DNA of 59,871 bases from a bacterium. Its GTDB lineage: Bacteria; SZUA-182; DTGQ01; JAFGSM01. A program made the translations under genes and the position numbers. The stretch lies in NCBI GenBank assembly GCA_049472315.1, contig JBLIRN010000018.1, positions 1 through 59,871 on the forward strand, written 5' to 3'. The notes below the pieces were generated by a model. It was not told the DNA's origin and ran no database searches. It saw nothing but the letters and a program-made list of their open reading frames with translations. The first letter of the stretch is position 1. Each line of letters opens with the position of its first letter. This document shows positions 48,993-57,666 of the stretch, piece by piece.

Positions 48993-49970
48993 GTGAAGTG
49001 GGAGGAAACAAGTATCATTCTGATCGGCGGTACCGGTTCCTTCGGCAAGAGGTTTGTCGAGATCATGCTCAGGGAGTTTCACCCGAAGAAGCTGATCGTA
49101 TTCAGCAGGGATGAGCTCAAGCAGCATGAAATGCTCACCAGCGGTTTCGATCATCCGAGCCTGCGCTATTTTATCGGTGACGTGCGCGATGTCGAGCGGC
49201 TTCACCGGGCCATGCACAACATGGATGTGGTGGTCCACGCCGCAGCCCTCAAACAGGTGCCCGCCTGCGAGTACAACCCCATCGAGGCCATCATGACCAA
49301 CATCATAGGCGCGAAGAACGTGATCAACGCCGCCCTGGACACCGGGGTGAAGAAGGTGATGGCCATCAGCACGGACAAGGCGGTGAACCCGGTGAATCTC
49401 TATGGCGCCACAAAGCTGTGCGCGGAGAAGCTCTTTGTGCAGAGCAACACCTATTCGGGCTTCATGGACATCCACTTCAGTTGTGTTCGCTATGGTAACG
49501 TGGTAGGAAGCCGCGGGAGCGTGATCCCGCTGTTCATCAAACAGCGTGATAATGGGGGCATCACCGTAACCGATCCCCGCATGACCCGGTTCTGGATCAC
49601 CCTCGATCAGGGGGTGCGATTCGTGATCCGGTGCATCGAACAGATGCACGGCGGCGAGATATTCGTGCCCAAGCTCCCCAGCATGAACATCATGGACCTT
49701 GCCGCTGCCATCGCCCCCGGGTGTCCGGTGAGGAATATTGGTATCCGTCCCGGTGAGAAGGTGCACGAAACCCTCATCTCCGAGGACGAGGCACGGTACG
49801 CCGTGGAACTGGACGACATGTGCGTGATCGAACCCGCCCGGCCCATGTGGCCGTATAAACCCTGGAAGGGAAATCGCACCTTTCCGGACGGATACCGGTA
49901 CACCAGCGATGCCAATACCTGTTGGCTCACCCACGAAGAGCTCAGGGAGTTGGTCAAAGATCCCCAATGA
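48993..49970 (+). CDS. pseB: UDP-GlcNAc 4,6-dehydratase (inverting)
   Basis: GGTGSFG, SRDELKQ, HAAALKQVP, STDKAVNPVNLYGATK, MTRFWITL; GTG after the GGGAGG SD. Confidence 0.95.
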   Translation: MKWEETSIILIGGTGSFGKRFVEIMLREFHPKKLIVFSRDELKQHEMLTSGFDHPSLRYFIGDVRDVERLHRAMHNMDVVVHAAALKQVPACEYNPIEAIMTNIIGAKNVINAALDTGVKKVMAISTDKAVNPVNLYGATKLCAEKLFVQSNTYSGFMDIHFSCVRYGNVVGSRGSVIPLFIKQRDNGGITVTDPRMTRFWITLDQGVRFVIRCIEQMHGGEIFVPKLPSMNIMDLAAAIAPGCPVRNIGIRPGEKVHETLISEDEARYAVELDDMCVIEPARPMWPYKPWKGNRTFPDGYRYTSDANTCWLTHEELRELVKDPQ

Positions 49971-51169
49971 ACCAGGTGGAAACCCGACTGGCAATGGACA
50001 ACGGCACCCCGGTCCGCAACACCCCCCTGCCTTATGGCCATCAACAGATTGACGAAGACGACATCCGGATGGTCACCGACGTGCTTCGCTCCGATTGGCT
50101 GACCACCGGACCGAAGGTCGCCGAGTTCGAGGAGGCGTTTTCACAGATCACAGGGGCGCGGCAGGCAGTGGCGGTAAGCAACGGCACCGCGGCGCTGCAT
50201 ACGGCAATGCACGCGGCCGGCATCGGCCCGGGCGACCAGGTGATCGTTCCCGCCATGACCTTTGCCGCAACCGCCAACTGCGTGGTATTCCAGGGAGGGA
50301 CCCCGGTGTTTGCGGATGTGTCGCCGCATACGCTGCTCATCGATCCGGATCAGGTTGTGCACAAGATCACCCCCCGCACGCGGGCGATCATCGCCGTCGA
50401 CTACGCAGGCCAGCCCTGCGATTATGAAGCGCTTCGAACCATTGCCGGCCGTCACGGCCTGGTGCTGGTTGCCGACGCCTGTCACTCCCTTGGCGCCACC
50501 TACCGGGGCAGACCGGTAGGGACTCTGGCGGACCTGAACACCTTCAGCTTTCATCCGGTGAAGCACATCACTACGGGCGAGGGGGGGATGGTCACCACCG
50601 GTGACCCGGTAATGGCCGAACGAATGAGGCGTTTTCGAAACCACGGCATCGGCTCCGACCAGAACAAGCGGAACGAGCAGGGCACCTGGTATTACGAGAT
50701 GACGGCCCTGGGATACAACTACCGCATGACCGACTTTCAATGCGCCCTGGGGATAAGCCAGTTGCGCAAGCTCGGGGCCTGGGTGGCCGCGCGACAGGAG
50801 ATCGCCCGGCACTACCACCACGCCCTTGCCGATATAGAGGGTGTGGCCCCTTTGGGCGAGCACGGCGACGTTACCCATGCCTATCACCTCTACGTGGTCC
50901 GGTTGGATTCATCACGGTTCAAGGCAGGCCGCGAGGTCATGTTCAAGGCCCTGCGCGCTGAGGGCATAGGGGTGAACGTTCACTATATCCCGGTGCACCT
51001 GCACCCCTTTTATCGTTCACGCTTCGGAACGACACGGGGAATGTGCCCGGCAGCGGAAGAGGCATACGAAGAGATCCTGTCGCTTCCCATCTTTCCCGGC
51101 ATGTCAATACAGGATAGGGAGGATGTGATCAGGGCGCTGCGGAAGGTTGTGAGCGGCCTGAGACGATAG
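49967..51169 (+). CDS. pseC: UDP-4-amino-4,6-dideoxy-N-acetyl-beta-L-altrosamine transaminase
   Basis: LPYGHQ, SNGTAALH, FSFHPVKHITTGEGG, GYNYR, VNVHYIPVH; ATGA coupling to pseB. Confidence 0.92.
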   Translation: MNQVETRLAMDNGTPVRNTPLPYGHQQIDEDDIRMVTDVLRSDWLTTGPKVAEFEEAFSQITGARQAVAVSNGTAALHTAMHAAGIGPGDQVIVPAMTFAATANCVVFQGGTPVFADVSPHTLLIDPDQVVHKITPRTRAIIAVDYAGQPCDYEALRTIAGRHGLVLVADACHSLGATYRGRPVGTLADLNTFSFHPVKHITTGEGGMVTTGDPVMAERMRRFRNHGIGSDQNKRNEQGTWYYEMTALGYNYRMTDFQCALGISQLRKLGAWVAARQEIARHYHHALADIEGVAPLGEHGDVTHAYHLYVVRLDSSRFKAGREVMFKALRAEGIGVNVHYIPVHLHPFYRSRFGTTRGMCPAAEEAYEEILSLPIFPGMSIQDREDVIRALRKVVSGLRR

Positions 51170-51256
51170 ATGCATGGAGGTGCCCGTGGAGGATCGGTGT
51201 CCTTCATAGTAACCATCAATGCTTGATGAACCAAAGGAAGAAAGGAGGCGTGAACC

Positions 51257-51952
51257 ATGACCCGTGTCACCGAGCAGATGGAGCAATGGGCAGGGGTGTT
51301 CGGCAGGGAGTATACCGACAGGAATGACTGGTCGCTCGAGGATGTGGATGCCTTTTATCTGAAGAACTACGGCATAACCCGCACCATGATGAACCGGCAG
51401 TTCCTGATGGGCATGCCCACCTCCATGCGGATCCTCGAGGTGGGGTGTAATGTGGGCAATCAACTGTTGCTGCTCAAAAAAATGGGATTCATCAATCTCT
51501 ACGGTATCGAGCTGCAGGATTACGCCGTGGAAAAGGCAAAATCGCGTACCGCACAAATAAATATCATCAAAGGGGCGGCATGTGATATCCCCTTCAAGGA
51601 TAATTACTTTGACATGGTGTTTACCTCCGGGCTCCTCATCCACATAAGCCCTTCGGACGTGCATATGGTCCTGGAGGAGATATTCCGGTGCACCCGTGAA
51701 TACATATGGGGATTCGAATACTACGCGGACCTGTGCACCGAGATCAATTACCGGGGTAACAAGAACCTGTTGTGGAAAAATGACTTTGCAAAGCTCTACC
51801 TTGATTTGTTCAAGAACCTGGAACTGATCAAGGATGATCGCTACAAATATATCGAGAATGACAATTTCGATGCCATGTTTCTCTTGCGGAAGAACCAGGA
51901 GGATATGGGGAGGCGTACCTCCCTGCCTTCCAGGACCATACCGGACGTGTAA
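51257..51952 (+). CDS. Pseudaminic acid biosynthesis-associated SAM methyltransferase
   Basis: TEQMEQWAGVFGREYTDRN, ILEVGCNVG, VFTSGLLIH, LWKNDFA; lies inside the pse cluster. Confidence 0.85.
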   Translation: MTRVTEQMEQWAGVFGREYTDRNDWSLEDVDAFYLKNYGITRTMMNRQFLMGMPTSMRILEVGCNVGNQLLLLKKMGFINLYGIELQDYAVEKAKSRTAQINIIKGAACDIPFKDNYFDMVFTSGLLIHISPSDVHMVLEEIFRCTREYIWGFEYYADLCTEINYRGNKNLLWKNDFAKLYLDLFKNLELIKDDRYKYIENDNFDAMFLLRKNQEDMGRRTSLPSRTIPDV

Positions 51953-51975
51953 TCCCCCGGTGATGCCCGCATTGA

Positions 51976-52010
51976 GGGAAGGAGGTGCACACAGGCGCAC
52001 CCTCCTTCCC
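51976..52010. repeat. REP-like hairpin related to the dispersed family
   Basis: GGGAAGGAGG-TGCACACAGGCGCAC-CCTCCTTCCC; the 3' arm matches GGCGCACCCCCCTTCCC of copy D. Confidence 0.55.
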
Positions 52011-52051
52011 CATGGCCCAAGAGGTATTGATCGGTTAGGGTGTGAAGGTTT

Positions 52052-53098
52052 ATGGAGAAGCCATTATTCATACGTGTCGATTCAGGGGTCCGTATCGGTG
52101 CAGGACACGTGATGCGGTGCCTCGCCCTTGCCCAGTCCTGGACATCCACGGGAGGAAAGGCTGCGTTCATTACCGCGAGCGAGGGACATGGCCTGGTGGA
52201 GCGGCTCGCAGCGGAAGGCCTTTCCGTCGCCCGGCTGAAGGAGGCCCATCCCCTCTCCGGGGATTGGGAAGCCACCGCCGCCATTCTGTCCGCACATCCG
52301 GGTGCATGGCTCGTGCTGGACGGATACCACTTTGATCCCGAATACCAGCACAGGGTAAGAGAAGCCGGCCATCCCCTTGCGGTCATCGACGACACGGCGC
52401 ATCTCGACCATTACCCCGCCGATATCCTGGTGAATCAGAACATCCGTGCGGAAACGATTGACTATTCATGCGAGAGTCACACCCGGCTGCTCCTTGGGCC
52501 CCTATATACGCTTTTACGCACCGAGTTCCTCCGGTACCGGGGATGGGTGCGGGAGGCCCGAAAAACGGCACAAAGGGTGCTGGTGATGATGGGGGGGAGC
52601 GACCCCGGAAACCAGACCGGCCGGGTGATCCACAGCCTGCACCGGGCAGGGATGGATCATCTCGAGGTCACCTGCGTGGTGGGAGCGGACAATCCCCATA
52701 TGCGGGAGTTGGAGTCCCTGGCAGGGGGCCTCCCATTACAGGTAAGGGTTCTTCAAAACCCTCCCGACATACCGGGGCTCATGGCATGGGCGGACGTGGC
52801 GATCTCCGGTGCAGGGAGCACTTGCTGGGAGCTTGCCTTCATGGGGCTGCCTGCGGCGGTCCTGGTGCTTGCCGATAATCAACGCGGGATTGCTGCCGGG
52901 CTTGCCGCGCACGGCACGGTGATCAATCTGGGCGAGGCAGCCGAGGCAACGGATGCGCACATAGCCGAGGCGCTCAGCTCGCTCCTCGGCGACCGGGGAC
53001 TTCGCGCACGTATGAGCCGCAAGGGGCGGGGGCTTATAGACGGCCGGGGCGCCGAGCGGGTTGTCCAGCACCTGAGGCGATGGTCCGCTTCAGCATAA
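52052..53098 (+). CDS. pseG: UDP-2,4-diacetamido-2,4,6-trideoxy-beta-L-altropyranose hydrolase
   Basis: RVDS..IGAGHVMRCLALA, LDGY, MGGSD, GAGSTCWE, ADNQ. Confidence 0.92.
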   Translation: MEKPLFIRVDSGVRIGAGHVMRCLALAQSWTSTGGKAAFITASEGHGLVERLAAEGLSVARLKEAHPLSGDWEATAAILSAHPGAWLVLDGYHFDPEYQHRVREAGHPLAVIDDTAHLDHYPADILVNQNIRAETIDYSCESHTRLLLGPLYTLLRTEFLRYRGWVREARKTAQRVLVMMGGSDPGNQTGRVIHSLHRAGMDHLEVTCVVGADNPHMRELESLAGGLPLQVRVLQNPPDIPGLMAWADVAISGAGSTCWELAFMGLPAAVLVLADNQRGIAAGLAAHGTVINLGEAAEATDAHIAEALSSLLGDRGLRARMSRKGRGLIDGRGAERVVQHLRRWSASA

Positions 53099-53172
53099 TA
53101 ATGGCCATGCCCGTGTAGGTGTCAATGACCGATCCGGGACGGGCAGTGACCATGACAGGGAGTGTATGAACC

Positions 53173-54228
53173 ATGTACATCGAGATCAACGGACGGCGTA
53201 TCGGACCGGGTTATCCCCTCTACATCGTCGCCGAGATGTCCGCCAATCATTGCCAGGATTTCGACCTGGCGGTCAAGATCATACGGATCGCCAAGGAGGC
53301 GGGTGCGGATGCCGTCAAGATCCAGACGTATACGCCCGACACCCTGACCATCGATTGTGACAACGATCTATTCAAAATCAAGGGGACCCTGTGGAACGGC
53401 CGGACCCTCCATGACCTGTACGGGGAGGCATACACCCCGTGGGACTGGCAGCCCAGGCTCAAGGAGATCGCCAACGGAATGGGAATCGACCTCTTCTCCA
53501 CGGCCTTTGACGAGACCTCCGTGGAATTCCTCGAATCCATGGATGTGCCCGCCTACAAGGTGGCATCCTTCGAGAACGCCGATCTCCCCCTCCTGCGCAG
53601 GATCGCCCGGACCGGCAAGCCCGTCATCATCTCCACGGGCATGGCAACCCTGGCGGAGATCGACGAGGCGGTAAGGACATTCCGGGATGCGGGGGGACGC
53701 GAATGCGCGCTCCTGAAGTGCACCAGCGCCTACCCTGCCCCGCCCGAGGGGATGAACCTCCGGACCATCCCGCACCTGATGGAGACCTTCGGGGTGCCCG
53801 CCGGCCTCTCCGACCATACCCTCGACCCTGCAGTGCCGGTGGCAGCGGTGTCTCTCGGGGCCTGCATCATCGAAAAACATCTCAGCCTGTCCAGGTCGAT
53901 GCCCGGTCCCGACAATGCCTTCTCACTGGAACCGTATGAATTCAGCGCCATGGCCTCCGCGGCCCGCACCGCCTGGAAGGCGCTCGGCACTGCATCATAT
54001 GGGCCGACCGATGCAGAGTCCGCCTCCAGGGTATTCAGGCGATCCCTCTTCGTGGTAAAGGACATGAAGGAAGGAGCGCGGTTCACCCCGGAGAACGTGC
54101 GATCGATCCGTCCTGGCAATGGCCTCCATACCCGGTATCTCCCGAGTATCCTGGGCAGGCATGCGGTCCGAAAAATCAAGCGTGGCACCCCCCTCTCCTG
54201 GGACCTTGTAGGGGGGGCAAAGGATTGA
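53173..54228 (+). CDS. pseI: Pseudaminic acid synthase
   Basis: AEMSANH, KIQTYTPDT, YTPWDW, KVASFE, LSDHT, IEKH, SAF tail. Confidence 0.95.
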   Translation: MYIEINGRRIGPGYPLYIVAEMSANHCQDFDLAVKIIRIAKEAGADAVKIQTYTPDTLTIDCDNDLFKIKGTLWNGRTLHDLYGEAYTPWDWQPRLKEIANGMGIDLFSTAFDETSVEFLESMDVPAYKVASFENADLPLLRRIARTGKPVIISTGMATLAEIDEAVRTFRDAGGRECALLKCTSAYPAPPEGMNLRTIPHLMETFGVPAGLSDHTLDPAVPVAAVSLGACIIEKHLSLSRSMPGPDNAFSLEPYEFSAMASAARTAWKALGTASYGPTDAESASRVFRRSLFVVKDMKEGARFTPENVRSIRPGNGLHTRYLPSILGRHAVRKIKRGTPLSWDLVGGAKD

Positions 54229-54396
54229 ATGCGGTCTGTGTAGCTTGCACCTATCTCCATGTGGGTCTTATTCTCCGAAACAAGTTTAGTTAGAGAATAA
54301 ACATTCATGCACCTTAGGGGCAACATGAATCACGAAAATCTATTTAGGTCCTTTTTTCCCTTTCCAATATAAATAAAAATATGTTAGACTTTAAAT

Positions 54397-54600
54397 ATGA
54401 ACAATAAAACTCGATTTAAAAATATAATTCGGGGTATGATGTCTGTTATGGATATTTGTCCTAATATCGATTATCCTCAAAACAGGCATTATGACCCTCG
54501 TCAATCTGATTCTGAAGCATTGCGCCAGGACTGGAATCAAGTTGGTAAAGATATAAGCCGAGCAATTGATAAAGCAGGCCATGAAAAAAAATCGAAATAA
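54397..54600 (+). CDS. Small hypothetical protein (67 aa), probably leaderless, upstream partner of DUF2335
   Basis: DSEALRQDWNQVGKDISRAI helix; TTCCAA-N17-TAGACT with extended TG puts +1 at the ATG; low GC. Confidence 0.75.
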   Translation: MNNKTRFKNIIRGMMSVMDICPNIDYPQNRHYDPRQSDSEALRQDWNQVGKDISRAIDKAGHEKKSK

Positions 54601-54964
54601 TCTTCAACCTCATTCTGGCGATAAAAAACAAATTCAACTCACAGGAAGCTCCTTTTCAGGGCCGATTCCACCTCCACAAATACTTGCAGATTATGATAAA
54701 ATTTGTCCTGGTTTTGCCGACAGAATTATATCAATGGCCGAATCTGAGGCCAAACATCGTCATACATTAGAAGAAAAAGCTCTTAAATCTCAAATAATAG
54801 AAATAAGGCTAGGACAAATTTTTGCTTTTCTTATCGGCTCCTTTACTATCGCTGCTGGTGCATTTTCCGCAATCAGGGGTGCACAAATAGCTGGTTCTAT
54901 AATTGGTAGTGGTGGCGTTATCGGTCTTGTATCTGTATTTATATATGGCAGAAAAAAACAATAA
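54581..54964 (+). CDS. DUF2335 membrane protein
   Basis: FSGPIPPPQILADYDKICPGFADRIISMAESEAKHRH plus two C-terminal TM segments. Confidence 0.9.
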   Translation: MKKNRNNLQPHSGDKKQIQLTGSSFSGPIPPPQILADYDKICPGFADRIISMAESEAKHRHTLEEKALKSQIIEIRLGQIFAFLIGSFTIAAGAFSAIRGAQIAGSIIGSGGVIGLVSVFIYGRKKQ

Positions 54965-55163
54965 TTTTACAGAAATCTTCTTCAAATTTCTGTGGTAGAC
55001 TCCCCCTCCCCTTATAAAACCGTCCAAAACGTAATCGGAATTGAGATCGCCTTACAAAAAATCTGTTCCATCCTGCCCCATTTTGCCGATAAGTATACAT
55101 ACTACAGGAACTTATCGAGGACACATGTCTCGGGGCGCCCCCTGAGCATCATCTCGTGATCCT

Positions 55164-56612
55164 ATGTCACTGACATTGGTAAAAAATACGTCACTCTATA
55201 CCGTTGGGAACATCCTGCCCCAGGTGGCCGGTTTTCTCCTGCTGCCGGTCTATACCCGCTATCTGACCCCCAAGGACTACGGAATCGTCAGCTCCATGCA
55301 GGTGCTGATGGCCATCACCGCCGTCATCTTCACCCTGGCCATGGAGAGATCAATGTACCGTCTTTACTGGGATTGTAAGACGGAACAGGAAAAGCAGGAG
55401 TACCTGGGCACGGTGGCCGTGTCCCTCATCCTCATCGCACTCGTCGAGCTCGGCATTATATTTGTGTCCAGGCGGTGGATCGGCAGGATTTTCGTGACCA
55501 TCGACTTCTACCCGTTTTACGCCTATGCCATACTTGCCATGTTTTTTTCGGTGTTTTCCCACGTCCCCAAGATTCACCTGCAGCTCGAACAGAGGGCCGG
55601 GGCCTTCGTGTTCCTTTCCCTCATCCAGTTTGTGATCACCACCGGTCTGGTGCTCTGGTTCGTGGTGGTCCGCAAATCAGGGGCGGAGGGAATGCTGCTG
55701 GGAAGGATGCTGGGTCCCGCGGTGCTTGCGGGCGTCTTCATCTATCTGACCGCACAGCGCATCCGATTCTGCCTCAAACCCCGGATTCTCAAGGAGACCC
55801 TTGCCTATTCCTTCCCCCTCGTTCCCACCATGCTGTGTGCATGGATATTGAACCTGTCCGACCGCATATTCATCGAACGGTACTTCTCCCTGGAGGACGT
55901 GGGGATCTATTCGCTGGGTTACAAGCTCGGGGAAATCGTGCTGCTCGTATCAGGCGGGTTCGGCATGGCGTACAATCCCGTCTATTTCGAGCTGGCGAAC
56001 TCACCCGACCAGGAGAGCGCGAGGGACCGTCTCTTCCAGTACAACAACCGGTTTCTGATGGTGGTCCTGCTGATCTCGTTCGGCATCTGTCTCTTTGCAA
56101 AGGAGGCGGTGGTGCTCTTCCTGGATCCCCGGTACGCGAAGGCATACCAGATCGTTCCCTTCATCGTGCTTGCCTATTTCATCGAGGAGGTCTCACACCT
56201 GCTGAACCTCTCCATATACCAGGAAAAGAGGACCAAGGCGGTGATGTCCATCCAGATGGCAGGCGCCTTCGTGAACATCGGCCTGAATTTCCTTCTGGTG
56301 CCTGCATTCGGGGCGTTCGGTGCCGCCTATGCCACGGTGTTGTCCTTTGCAGGTATCTTTGTGCTGAAATACTGGTATGCAAAACGCTGCTATTTCATCC
56401 CCTTCAAGTGGAAGAAGTTGTTGTGCTGCATTGCCCTGCTCACCGGGGTCGTTGTGGCCCAGTATGCCATTGACATAAACCTGTATTATCTTTTTGCGCT
56501 GAAACTGATGCTTGTCCTGACTGTCCTGGCGGTGTTCGCTCGGAGGCACTATGATACGGTGCTGATGATCCTTGGGAGTGCCGGCAGGGGCATGAGCAGG
56601 GCGGGCTCATAG
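55164..56612 (+). CDS. wzx: Wzx-type oligosaccharide flippase
   Basis: LLLPVYTRYLTPKDYG, SDRIFI, VGIYSLGYK, GAAYAT; many TM segments. Confidence 0.9.
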   Translation: MSLTLVKNTSLYTVGNILPQVAGFLLLPVYTRYLTPKDYGIVSSMQVLMAITAVIFTLAMERSMYRLYWDCKTEQEKQEYLGTVAVSLILIALVELGIIFVSRRWIGRIFVTIDFYPFYAYAILAMFFSVFSHVPKIHLQLEQRAGAFVFLSLIQFVITTGLVLWFVVVRKSGAEGMLLGRMLGPAVLAGVFIYLTAQRIRFCLKPRILKETLAYSFPLVPTMLCAWILNLSDRIFIERYFSLEDVGIYSLGYKLGEIVLLVSGGFGMAYNPVYFELANSPDQESARDRLFQYNNRFLMVVLLISFGICLFAKEAVVLFLDPRYAKAYQIVPFIVLAYFIEEVSHLLNLSIYQEKRTKAVMSIQMAGAFVNIGLNFLLVPAFGAFGAAYATVLSFAGIFVLKYWYAKRCYFIPFKWKKLLCCIALLTGVVVAQYAIDINLYYLFALKLMLVLTVLAVFARRHYDTVLMILGSAGRGMSRAGS

Positions 56613-56622
56613 AGGGAATGCC

Positions 56623-57666
56623 ATGACGGTCGTGTTCTGCCTCTCATACCTCAATCTTCCCATTACATTGAGCATCATCGATCGCAGCGGTGATGACTTC
56701 CTCATCGTTACCTCCAGTCCCTCTCTGTTCACGTTCCTGTCCCGCCTCTTCCCCAGTGAGCGGCTGATGTACATAGAGCCTCCTTTCCTTGAGGACCGGT
56801 CTCCCGTGCGCATGGTGAGGAACCTGATACGGGTTGGACAATACAAAAAAAAGATATACGCCCAGTTTAAGGGACTCAGAAACGCCGATATTCACTTCTT
56901 CGGCATATTCAGTTGTGAATTCGAGGCATGGCTTGTAAAACGGCTCTCATCCGTGAACAACATCTATTACAATTCGCTTGTGGACGTGAGCAATCTGATG
57001 CCGGCGCGGGGCCTCAAGGTATTGATCGGAAAGTGCCTTCGACGTATGGCATATCATATTGAATTCAGCACCCTGTACAATGGAAAGACCATTTACTACG
57101 GCGTATCCGATGCATTCCTCAACAAGGTCAAGCCCCGTCCCATCTCCATCCCCATAGACGAGCGGCGCATCGAGAAGATTGCCGCCGAGCGGCTGGAACT
57201 GCGTCTGGAGGGGAGAAGGATACTGTTCCTGTGCGGGGGGATCGCCGGGATTTACGTGGACATGGCCGAGTACACGGCGAAGATGGACAGCCTGATCCGC
57301 GCGTTGAAGGGGCGTTTCGGCGAGCACGCACTGGCGATCAAGGCCCATCCCCGTTATGACGAGCACCATTCGGAGGAGGCTACCCTGTTCAGGATACCGG
57401 CGTACATCCCCGCGTCACTCATTATCCATCAATTCGACGTGGTCATAGGGTATTTCAGTTCCGCACTGTTCGAGGCGGCAATGAAAGGAAAGCAGGTGAT
57501 TTCCCTGCTGCGGCTGCTGGAGCCGGTGAACATGGAAATACGCAAGGGGTATATCGCCTATCTCAGCAACAATTCAGGAAACCGGGTGCTCTTTCCGGGG
57601 TCCGTTGAAGAGGCCATGGATTTCATAGGGCATGCGGTGGCACAGGAGGAGATGACCAGAACATGA
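56623..57666 (+). CDS. Putative nonulosonic acid (sialyltransferase-like) glycosyltransferase
   Basis: IKAHPR (HP motif) and GYFSSALFEA, typical of bacterial CMP-nonulosonate transferases; cluster context. Confidence 0.65.
   Translation: MTVVFCLSYLNLPITLSIIDRSGDDFLIVTSSPSLFTFLSRLFPSERLMYIEPPFLEDRSPVRMVRNLIRVGQYKKKIYAQFKGLRNADIHFFGIFSCEFEAWLVKRLSSVNNIYYNSLVDVSNLMPARGLKVLIGKCLRRMAYHIEFSTLYNGKTIYYGVSDAFLNKVKPRPISIPIDERRIEKIAAERLELRLEGRRILFLCGGIAGIYVDMAEYTAKMDSLIRALKGRFGEHALAIKAHPRYDEHHSEEATLFRIPAYIPASLIIHQFDVVIGYFSSALFEAAMKGKQVISLLRLLEPVNMEIRKGYIAYLSNNSGNRVLFPGSVEEAMDFIGHAVAQEEMTRT

Noticed and set aside
55085..55092. sigma28 -10 element GCCGATAA upstream of wzx
   Set aside because: No TAAA -35 at the required spacing
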